64,000 nt of DNA from an uncultured Woeseia sp. (GTDB lineage Bacteria; Pseudomonadota; Gammaproteobacteria; Steroidobacterales; UBA11654): the NCBI GenBank assembly GCA_964454905.1, contig CAYVTR010000001.1, forward strand, positions 44,436 through 108,435, in the 5' to 3' direction. Under the pieces are notes generated by a model. It had not been told where the DNA came from. It ran no database searches and saw only the letters and a program-made list of their open reading frames with translations. A program made the translations under genes and the position numbers. Positions 55,797 to 63,613 of this stretch are shown here, one piece after another (the first letter of the stretch is position 1; every line of letters begins with the position of its first letter).

Positions 55797-56465
55797 TTAT
55801 AAGGGCTTCAACTCACCTAGGAATGCCATCAGAATAACCAAAACCCAAATAAGCAAGGCGGCTTTATTTAAAACTGCTTGCTCTTTCTTAATTGACTCTT
55901 CTCCTTGTGTTTTAGTTTCAGCGTCTTGCGCTAAGTGAATAGACTTTCGCATTCTCCCTACTATAGCTCTTATCCAGATGCCATTAACAAGAATTAGACC
56001 AAAGATTATAATTTTCCAAGACAGCCAGTCACTTTGTATAATTTGATTCGTAATAAGACAATAAATTCCTAAAGTAATTAATAAGCCTGACAGTATATAT
56101 CTTATAAGCAGATCTAATTTTCTTAGTAACTCTCCAAAGGCGGTTTCTTTTTTAAAATGAACCAGCCATATTAGTCCTAACCACACAAAGCTAAATAGCC
56201 ATATGACTGTTAAGGCTGTCCCTTTAATTTCTGAACCAAAGGTTGTTGCTAAGGTAAAGCCGATAGGTAGGAGTAGGACTAAGCTGGTTCTAGCAGACAT
56301 ATCAACAAGAAAACGCATCGATCTCACTCTCAGTCTTTCTTCAATAGTTAGTTCCTCTTTAGTGATGTAATTGCCTATAAAATAAACAGCAATGTCCCCT
56401 CCAATTGCATAAACAAAGAGAACAACATGAAAAAATGCCATTAGGTCATGAAAGTTAATAATCAT
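55797..56465 (-). CDS. Integral membrane protein, unknown family
   Basis: 222 aa with about six predicted TM helices. Sits between the UbiD and BBE-oxidase genes on the same strand. Confidence 0.55.
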   Translation of the reverse strand: MIINFHDLMAFFHVVLFVYAIGGDIAVYFIGNYITKEELTIEERLRVRSMRFLVDMSARTSLVLLLPIGFTLATTFGSEIKGTALTVIWLFSFVWLGLIWLVHFKKETAFGELLRKLDLLIRYILSGLLITLGIYCLITNQIIQSDWLSWKIIIFGLILVNGIWIRAIVGRMRKSIHLAQDAETKTQGEESIKKEQAVLNKAALLIWVLVILMAFLGELKPL

Positions 56466-56493
56466 AATGACAGTCTAGCGGAAATTTTTTGAT

Positions 56494-57969
56494 TCAAATA
56501 CTAGGTTTAATATTACCATTGAGCCTGAAAAGATTTCTCGGATCGTATTTATTCTTAATTTTCACCAGTCTTCCATAATTCTGACCGTAACTAGTGGCAA
56601 CAAATTGCTGATCTTCATCCATTAATTCATTGATATATATTCTATCAGCACAATACGGAGTTAGGGCTTTCCAGTAATCTCTTCCCCATTGTGTATAAGC
56701 CTCATTTTTTTCGTCATCAACCCAGTGTCCACCGACTTCAATGTCCCATTTAGCGTTTCTTCCAACCCAAGCTGTTTCATCTTCAGCAACTTCTGTAATT
56801 GCTCCTCCGAAGCGAACCACTCGCATGGTATCAAAACGACCTTCTTGGTAACCCCAACCTTCCATGAGTTCATCTGTTAACTTTGGATTGTATTCGTCAA
56901 TATGCCTGCCTTTTATATAATAATTTCTATGGTGGGCATTTCTTTTATCAGCAATTTGCTGATGATCACTGAAGTTTTTCTTTGATACGTCATCAGAAAT
57001 TGGTTTTCCAAAACTTCTAATCGTTTTAAGGGCCTTTTCTGCTTTATTTTCATCACCTAGATATAAGGCTCCTAGAAAAAAGTAACCTTCACCTTCAGCA
57101 ACATTCCACATGCCTGCATTAAGCATGATTTTCGAGTCCATGTCTTCAGAGTAATCGTAATAGAAATCCCAAAGTTCTTTTGCGTACTTAAGATCATAAA
57201 GATTAACGCCGACAATAATTTCTCCGTTTGGAAGAGGGCGAAGATTGTATTCAAATGAGGTCACGACACCAAAATTACCGCCGCCACCTCTGATTCCCCA
57301 GAAAAGATCTGGATTTTCATCTGCACTTGCTTTTCTCATAACACCGTCAGTCGTGATGATATCAACGCTTCTTAAGTTATCTATTGTGAGCCCATACATT
57401 CTCATTAGCGACCCTATACCTCCTCCGAGGGTTAAGCCGGCAACTCCAGTATGAGAAACAACTCCAGCAGGTACGACATACCCATACGGCAGTGTTTTTG
57501 AATCCAGATCATATAAGGTACAACCCGGTTCGACAGTAACTATTTTTCTTTGCAGGTCCACACCGGTTTTTCTCATTCTTGAAAGATCAATAATGATTCC
57601 TCCATCGCAGGTTGATTTGCCCGATATGCTATGACCTCCGCTACGAATTGCGGTGAGTATATTTTGTTCTCTTGAAAAATTAATTGCCTGTTGGATATCT
57701 GCAGCAGACTCACAAAAAGCTATGAGTGCAGGGCGTTTATCCCAAACCCCATTCCAAACCAATCTAGCTGTATCATAATCATAGTGTTCTTTTGTGATAA
57801 CACTGCCTTGAAAGCTAGCCATGAAGTCCAGTATATCGACTCTATCTAGAATTATTTCATTACCATTCAATGACAACGCCACTGTATCTTGGATTGCAGC
57901 ATTACTTATGGGCACGTAGGAGGCTAAAGAAATAATCCCTGCATTTTTAATAAATTCTCTTCTTTTCAT
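56494..57969 (-). CDS. Tat-exported FAD-linked oxidase of the VAO/BBE family, copy 2
   Basis: 491 aa. Tat signal MKRREFIKNAGIISLASYV. IRSGGHSISG, VSHTGVAGLTLGGGIG and RGGGGNFGVVT blocks, with tail YDPRNLFRLNGNI. Paralog of 48400-49890. Confidence 0.85.
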   Translation of the reverse strand: MKRREFIKNAGIISLASYVPISNAAIQDTVALSLNGNEIILDRVDILDFMASFQGSVITKEHYDYDTARLVWNGVWDKRPALIAFCESAADIQQAINFSREQNILTAIRSGGHSISGKSTCDGGIIIDLSRMRKTGVDLQRKIVTVEPGCTLYDLDSKTLPYGYVVPAGVVSHTGVAGLTLGGGIGSLMRMYGLTIDNLRSVDIITTDGVMRKASADENPDLFWGIRGGGGNFGVVTSFEYNLRPLPNGEIIVGVNLYDLKYAKELWDFYYDYSEDMDSKIMLNAGMWNVAEGEGYFFLGALYLGDENKAEKALKTIRSFGKPISDDVSKKNFSDHQQIADKRNAHHRNYYIKGRHIDEYNPKLTDELMEGWGYQEGRFDTMRVVRFGGAITEVAEDETAWVGRNAKWDIEVGGHWVDDEKNEAYTQWGRDYWKALTPYCADRIYINELMDEDQQFVATSYGQNYGRLVKIKNKYDPRNLFRLNGNIKPSI

Positions 57970-58078
57970 GGTGTCATAGTCCTCTTAAAATACTACTCAG
58001 CAGTTCAATTTATTGCACGTTTAACTGTAAAGAAAGGAATCTCTACTTGCTAAGGGTTAAAATTTTATACATTTTTCC

Positions 58079-58100
58079 TTATTAATCAATTGATAAATAA
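58079..58100. promoter_or_regulatory. Palindromic operator, site G1 (21/22)
   Basis: TTATTAATCAATTGATAAATAA. Lies in the 267-bp divergent region between BBE-oxidase copy 2 (start 57969) and the TonB-dependent receptor (start 58237). Confidence 0.75.
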
Positions 58101-58124
58101 ACTTTGCACTTGTCAGCGGTTTAT

Positions 58125-58138
58125 TATATATATATATA
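58125..58138. repeat. (TA)7 dinucleotide tract between operators G1 and G2
   Basis: TATATATATATATA, read directly from the sequence. Confidence 0.9.
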
Positions 58139-58146
58139 GGATATAT

Positions 58147-58168
58147 TTATTTATCGATCGATAATTGA
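58147..58168. promoter_or_regulatory. Palindromic operator, site G2 (18/22; own 14-bp perfect palindrome TTATCGATCGATAA)
   Basis: TTATTTATCGATCGATAATTGA. Lies 69 bp upstream of the TonB-dependent receptor start, with its centre 68 bp from the G1 centre. Confidence 0.55.
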
Positions 58169-58236
58169 TCTAAATCAAGACTGATTTGATCTTAATCATT
58201 GAAAATGAATGAAATTATATTTAAAGGGACAAGAAT

Positions 58237-60906
58237 ATGAAATTAATGCATAAATTAACTGTGTTATCACTAACGATAGCTATGGTGTCATTTGCTTTAC
58301 CGTCTAGTCTTTATGCTCAAGATGGATTGGCGATTGAGGAAATAACAGTAACAGCCAGAAAAAAAGAAGAATCATTAGCCGATGCGCCTTACACCATAAC
58401 GGCTTTAACATCACAGCAAATAGAGTTAGCAGGTATTAAACAACTCTCCGATGTGGTCGCGTATACACCCGGCTTCTTCTATTCAGACAACAATGTTGGT
58501 AAGAATAGTCGGTCGCATAAGAGATTGATCTTTAGAGGCATGAATCCAAGAACCGATATACCAACCCGACAAGCTTCCACGATGTTTATCGATGGCGCTG
58601 CGAGTGTTGGTGCTGAGTTTGGAGGTATTGAAAACGTAGAACGTATTGAAGTACTGAAAGGTCCTCAGGGAGCTCATTTTGGGCGATCAACTTATACCGG
58701 CGCAATTAATATAGTCACCAAGGATCCAGGGGATGAATTCTCAGGAAGAATCAATCTTGAAGCCGGTGATCATGGAACTACAAGAGCTGGCATAATTTTA
58801 GACGGACCACTGGGTGATAATTTAGGTTATCGCTTAACAACCAGTACCTATGACATGGACGGTATGTATGATAATGCCAATGTTGCAGGGCAAAAACTAG
58901 GAGAACAATCAACAGATGATGTCTCTTTGACTTTAGTCTTTGAACCTAATGATGTTTTTAAACTTAAAGCTCGATTCCATTCATGGGAAGATAGCGACGG
59001 CCCTGATGCAGGTACTGCTTATGATTACAGAAGCGGTCATCACAATTGTAGCCCAGGAGGTCTAGTTGAAAGATGGGACCCTGTGATGACTCAAGCAGCA
59101 GCAGCTTGGGTTTTTAATCCTGCAACCAATGTAGCCCATACAACTATTTGTGGGAAGGTAGCAGTTCCAACAGCGGCTGAAATTGGTCAAGACACTGGAT
59201 CTGCTAGAGCACTACAATTGCTAGGAATGAGAATTGATGGCCATCTTTTCCCTATTGCTAATGGGGTAAGAGATGTTCCTGATTTTATGGTTCCAAACCA
59301 CTTCGGAATGGAAAGAGAGGCTGAAGAATTAAGTATTATCGTTGATGTTAATTTTGATAATGGCATGAATTTAAATATTATCACGGCCAAACATGAGAAC
59401 GCCTATAGTAGTCATAACGATGTGGACAGAAGAGTCACTGAAGGACTTTACCTTGAAGGAAAGGGCGGAGGAATGTTTGGTGGGTTTGGTGCTAATCACC
59501 CAGCCGATGCCTCTGATCTAAGAATGAACTCCATGGAAGATAGCTCAATAGAAGTCAGATTGAGTTCAAATCAAGATCAAAGATTTCGATGGATGTTTGG
59601 TTACAGTGATGTTGACATGGATTGGTTCACCCAAAATATTGGTTCTATGATCGTTTACTATCCATCTGATGGTATTGATAATGGTGCAAGAGTGGCTGCA
59701 GGACAAATGCCGGTTAGCTATAACCCTTATTGGCCATTCTATGGCGCTGGTTTAGCTGGAAGTAATGCTGGTGGAGCTTATGGCGATGTCACTTCGAACA
59801 ATAATGACTTCAAATGGGACACAGTGAACACGTCTTCATTCTACGCTTCCTTGGAGGCTGATTTTACAGATAAGTTAACAGTGAGTCTTGATCTTCGAAG
59901 ACAAGAAGACGATGTGACCTCGGGAGGCCTAAGTGCATGGACAGGCACAGCTCCTAAAGTTGTCGGTACTCCAACTAACGTCCAACAAGATGTCTTTAAA
60001 TCCACACTCCCAAGAGTCATCTTTGATTACAAACCCAATGAAGACAGAACGATTTATTTCAGTTATTCAGAAGGTACTTTACCTGGGTTATTTAATCCTG
60101 CACTAGCATCACTCAGTGCAAGTCAATTAGATCAAGTGAAGGCACAAACCGGTGGAGCAGGAGTTAAGATTGATGAGGAAACCTCTGAAAATATTGAATT
60201 TGGAATTAAGAGTAGCATCATGGATGGTCGAGGCTTCGTTGCAGTAGCGTTCTATCAAACTGACCTTACCAATGTGCACACACCTTTATTTGCAGTTTCA
60301 TATACTGGCGATGATGGCACACAACAAGTGATAAGTGGTAACACCACCTCTCAAGGCGGTAAAGCAGAACTTTCAGGTATAGAACTTGATGGTACTATTC
60401 TGCTTAATGATCTGTGGTCACTTGATTTTACTTACGCTAAGAATGACAGTGAAATTAAATCAGATTTCCAAAGTGCTGATACTTTTGATCTGATGGGTGA
60501 CAGGAATGCTGTTATAGGGAATGAGTTCTCAAGATATCCGAAGAACAGCGGAAGCATCTCTGCAAATTATGCAAAAGAAATCGATGCTGAAAGGACAAGG
60601 TTTGCAAGGATGGATTATCTGTATACAGGAAAAATGTATGCATCTAATGCAATGCTTGCACACACAGGCTCTGGTGCGAAGATCAATTTAAGAGTAGGCC
60701 AGGAAACTGATAACTATCGAATTGAAGCTTATTGCACAAATTGTTTCAATGATAATCAGCCTAAAGGTTTACAACAGTTGTATGATTTATCTGGCATCAC
60801 CGGCGGATTTGGTGATGGTGCGACAACTGCCACTGGACCTAGGATAGTGTCTATTGCCTTGGCTGATAAAAGAGTGATTGGAATTAGAGCATCTTATAAG
60901 TTCTAA
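58237..60906 (+). CDS. TonB-dependent outer-membrane receptor
   Basis: 889 aa with a signal peptide. Plug domain (EEITVTARKKEESLADAPYTITAL, IEVLKGPQGAHFGRSTYTGAINIVTK), a long beta-barrel and a terminal aromatic residue (ASYKF). Confidence 0.92.
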   Translation: MKLMHKLTVLSLTIAMVSFALPSSLYAQDGLAIEEITVTARKKEESLADAPYTITALTSQQIELAGIKQLSDVVAYTPGFFYSDNNVGKNSRSHKRLIFRGMNPRTDIPTRQASTMFIDGAASVGAEFGGIENVERIEVLKGPQGAHFGRSTYTGAINIVTKDPGDEFSGRINLEAGDHGTTRAGIILDGPLGDNLGYRLTTSTYDMDGMYDNANVAGQKLGEQSTDDVSLTLVFEPNDVFKLKARFHSWEDSDGPDAGTAYDYRSGHHNCSPGGLVERWDPVMTQAAAAWVFNPATNVAHTTICGKVAVPTAAEIGQDTGSARALQLLGMRIDGHLFPIANGVRDVPDFMVPNHFGMEREAEELSIIVDVNFDNGMNLNIITAKHENAYSSHNDVDRRVTEGLYLEGKGGGMFGGFGANHPADASDLRMNSMEDSSIEVRLSSNQDQRFRWMFGYSDVDMDWFTQNIGSMIVYYPSDGIDNGARVAAGQMPVSYNPYWPFYGAGLAGSNAGGAYGDVTSNNNDFKWDTVNTSSFYASLEADFTDKLTVSLDLRRQEDDVTSGGLSAWTGTAPKVVGTPTNVQQDVFKSTLPRVIFDYKPNEDRTIYFSYSEGTLPGLFNPALASLSASQLDQVKAQTGGAGVKIDEETSENIEFGIKSSIMDGRGFVAVAFYQTDLTNVHTPLFAVSYTGDDGTQQVISGNTTSQGGKAELSGIELDGTILLNDLWSLDFTYAKNDSEIKSDFQSADTFDLMGDRNAVIGNEFSRYPKNSGSISANYAKEIDAERTRFARMDYLYTGKMYASNAMLAHTGSGAKINLRVGQETDNYRIEAYCTNCFNDNQPKGLQQLYDLSGITGGFGDGATTATGPRIVSIALADKRVIGIRASYKF

Positions 60907-60918
60907 TTTGTCCCCAAT

Positions 60919-60958
60919 AAAAAGGGAACAGGTCGCCTCCAAACCTGTTCCCTTTTTT
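60919..60958. terminator. Bidirectional rho-independent terminator
   Basis: AAAAA-GGGAACAGGT-cgcctccaa-ACCTGTTCCC-TTTTTT. A perfect 10-bp GC-containing stem with a 9-nt loop, an A-tract on one side and a T-tract on the other. It lies between the convergent TonB-dependent receptor gene and the 100-aa ORF. Confidence 0.85.
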
Positions 60959-61259
60959 AGTTTCCGATAACAAAAATACCAAGAACTTGAGTATCGAATG
61001 TAGCTATCCCTTTGTCCCAATTGACCTGAATGTTTTGTCCACCTGGTACATCAAAAATCAGATCATATTTTCTTGAAAGATCATTAAATATGTAAGCGCT
61101 TCTTTGGGCAATGCCTTGATAATAGCTCTCAGAAAATCCTTCAGGTTGACCCCAGTCGGTGACTACAAGGGCTACTTTATCATTATTGAGTACCCGAAAT
61201 GTGAACAGAGTAAGCAACCAAATAGCGGCTAATAAGAGTAAAATTTTAAGTATTTTCAT
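60957..61259 (-). CDS. Hypothetical small protein with N-terminal hydrophobic signal or anchor
   Basis: 100-aa ORF with N-terminus KILKILLLLAAIWLLTLFTF. No family recognised. Confidence 0.45.
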   Translation of the reverse strand: MKILKILLLLAAIWLLTLFTFRVLNNDKVALVVTDWGQPEGFSESYYQGIAQRSAYIFNDLSRKYDLIFDVPGGQNIQVNWDKGIATFDTQVLGIFVIGN

Positions 61260-61287
61260 AAATTAACACATATAAATAATTTATCGA

Positions 61288-61686
61288 TTATGCATTTTTT
61301 TCTGGAACAATGCCTTCATGATGATGGGTAATTTTCCATTCTTTATCTTCTAGGATAAACACATCAGTTATTCTAACCTTGCCAGAAATTGGATTTGGTT
61401 CTTTGTAAGAAAAATCAAGATAATAGAGTGCAATAGCTACTGCACCGTTAACTTTAATTATTGGCTTACCAACATTGATCGATAGTTCGCCTCGACTCTC
61501 CTTTTGTTCTTGATCCCTTTGGTGAAATGCTTCTAATTCATTTTTACCGTTTATCAATTCAGGCGTAAAGATATCCCAAACAGTTGCCTGAGGGTGGAGA
61601 TGATCTTCAATTGCTTTTGTGTTTCCGACTTTAAATGCATCAAAAATGGAAAAAATAATATTTTCTATGTCTTTGTTTATTGTCAT
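61288..61686 (-). CDS. NTF2-like (SnoaL/DUF4440-type) small protein
   Basis: 132 aa. The pattern IFDAFKVGNTKAIEDHLHPQATVWD...ITDVFILEDKEWKITHHH is typical of NTF2-like cone folds. Confidence 0.55.
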   Translation of the reverse strand: MTINKDIENIIFSIFDAFKVGNTKAIEDHLHPQATVWDIFTPELINGKNELEAFHQRDQEQKESRGELSINVGKPIIKVNGAVAIALYYLDFSYKEPNPISGKVRITDVFILEDKEWKITHHHEGIVPEKNA

Positions 61687-61766
61687 ACTTCACTATAATA
61701 ATGAGAGATCTTTAGTCTATAATCTTTAATTATATTTTTCGACATTTGTAGGGAGTTTCAAGATTA

Positions 61767-63092
61767 ATGAGTCAGTCATTTTTAAGTTTAAATTTTTTAC
61801 CTAAAGGTAGGTTCAGAGTTGATTTAGTTGAAGGGGTCACTAAAACTAATTTCTTTTCTATTTGTTATGGGGCCTTAACCACAATCGGTTTGTTAACCTT
61901 TATATCTTATGCAACCACTTACGTTTTGATAGAGAACCTTGACTATCAGCGAAATCAAATTGGTACGATTGTAGGTGATCTACAAGTAGTAGCAGAAATT
62001 GCTCTATTAATTATTTTTCTTCCTGTTGGTTTAATTGCCGATAAGATCGGAAGACGACAAGTCTATTCGTTTGGTATGTTTGCTATGGGCTTATCTTATT
62101 TTCTTTATCCTTTGGCCACAGGGATAGGTGAATTAACGATTTACCGAATCATCTATGCCATTGGGATGGGTGCAGCCACAGGCATGTTGGGCACGGTTAC
62201 TGCGGATTATCCACAAAACCACACGCGTGGGAAAATGATTGCAGTGACCGGGATTTTAAACGCCACCGGCGTTATTATTGTGTCTTTAGTGTTCGCACGT
62301 TTACCTGAGAACTTTGCACAGATGGGTTACGACCAAGTAACAGCAGGACAATATGCGATGTGGGTTGTGGCCGGCATGTGTTTAATAACCTCAGTAGTGG
62401 TTGCCTTTGGGTTACAAAAAGGAACACCAACAGAAGAACAAAAGAAAATACCATATATTCAGCAAATTAAGTCTGGTTTAGAGGAAGGCAAAAAACCAAG
62501 AATACTATTAGCTTATGCTTCAGCTTTTGTGGCTAGAAGTGATTTGGTTATTTTAGGCACGTTTCTTGTCCTCTGGGGTGTTGCAACGGGAACCGATATG
62601 GGCATGACTACCTCGGAGGCAACAAAAGCGGCAAGATTAGTGTTTGTAACATCCTCCATGTCAGCTCTTATTGCATCACCAATAATTGGTTATTTGATTG
62701 ATAAAGTTGACCGTATTCTCGCTGTCAGTGTTTGTATGGCTCTCGCCTCAGCCGGTTACCTTTCCATGTTTTTTATTGATAATGTTCTCGATCCAGGATC
62801 AAAACCGTTTTTTATTCTTCTCGGTGTTGGCCAGCAATGCGCTTTTTTTGCTGCAACAACATTATTAGGTCAAGAGGCCCCTAAGATGAAACGAGGGGCA
62901 ATTGTTGGGGTATTCAATCTTGCTGGAGCATTAGGTATTCTCTTTTCAACTGGAGTTGGAGGACGACTATTTGATGCTATTAACCCATCAGCACCATTTA
63001 TATTTATAGGTTTTTGTAATGTACTTGTGAGCTTATTTGCTTTGTATGTAAATAAAGTGTCGCCAACACCTAAAGAACCGATCGGAACTTAA
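61767..63092 (+). CDS. MFS transporter (paralog of 23555-24883)
   Basis: 441 aa. Shares long blocks with the other MFS: DKIGRRQVYSFG, YFLYPLA, TRGKMIAVTGILNA and PSAPFIFIGFCNV. Confidence 0.85.
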   Translation: MSQSFLSLNFLPKGRFRVDLVEGVTKTNFFSICYGALTTIGLLTFISYATTYVLIENLDYQRNQIGTIVGDLQVVAEIALLIIFLPVGLIADKIGRRQVYSFGMFAMGLSYFLYPLATGIGELTIYRIIYAIGMGAATGMLGTVTADYPQNHTRGKMIAVTGILNATGVIIVSLVFARLPENFAQMGYDQVTAGQYAMWVVAGMCLITSVVVAFGLQKGTPTEEQKKIPYIQQIKSGLEEGKKPRILLAYASAFVARSDLVILGTFLVLWGVATGTDMGMTTSEATKAARLVFVTSSMSALIASPIIGYLIDKVDRILAVSVCMALASAGYLSMFFIDNVLDPGSKPFFILLGVGQQCAFFAATTLLGQEAPKMKRGAIVGVFNLAGALGILFSTGVGGRLFDAINPSAPFIFIGFCNVLVSLFALYVNKVSPTPKEPIGT

Positions 63093-63553
63093 TTAGCTGC
63101 CGGGTAAAACCAATCAGGACCAACGCACTGTTGAGTCAACTCAATTGTGAAACTCTGATTTGAATTTGGAAAATCTTCATTTAAGTCAATTCCAGCAATA
63201 TCATTACGGGACTGGGTTGTGCACATGATGCCGTCTTGGTCAATATCCAACCAAGCATAGACGACCAAGCCTGTATTTCCTGAAGAATCATAAAGAAATG
63301 TATGATTAAAAGTCTGAGATTGACTAGTAAATGATTCTATTTCATATAGAGGGTGTTGTTGAAATCCAATCCCGGATTGAGCGTGAAAAACACTTAAGTT
63401 GAAAGCTCTACCCTGGACGTTTTCACTAGTTATTATTTGTCCTGAGATGGTTATTTCTTCGCCCTCTGGCTCAGATTCAGAGCAAGCATTGATTAGGAGT
63501 GCTAATGAGAGTAGGCAAATGCAATGAATGGTGTGTTTAATTTTTATCTTCAT
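63089..63553 (-). CDS. Hypothetical lipoprotein
   Basis: 154 aa. Lipobox LLINAC after a hydrophobic signal. No family recognised. Its 3' end overlaps the convergent MFS gene by 4 nt. Confidence 0.5.
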   Translation of the reverse strand: MKIKIKHTIHCICLLSLALLINACSESEPEGEEITISGQIITSENVQGRAFNLSVFHAQSGIGFQQHPLYEIESFTSQSQTFNHTFLYDSSGNTGLVVYAWLDIDQDGIMCTTQSRNDIAGIDLNEDFPNSNQSFTIELTQQCVGPDWFYPAAN

Positions 63554-63613
63554 GGTTATGAATTGTAATAAATAAAAACAAAGGCAGGTAGAAAATATGT
63601 TTATAATTTCATT

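Noticed and set aside
58205-58240. An 11-codon upstream ORF (MNEIIFKGTRI) whose TGA stop overlaps the ATG of the TonB-dependent receptor gene, which could be a coupling leader peptide.
   Set aside because: It has no Shine-Dalgarno of its own and it contains the receptor gene's ribosome-binding site. Short ATG-initiated frames are expected by chance in AT-rich leaders. It would need ribosome-profiling support.
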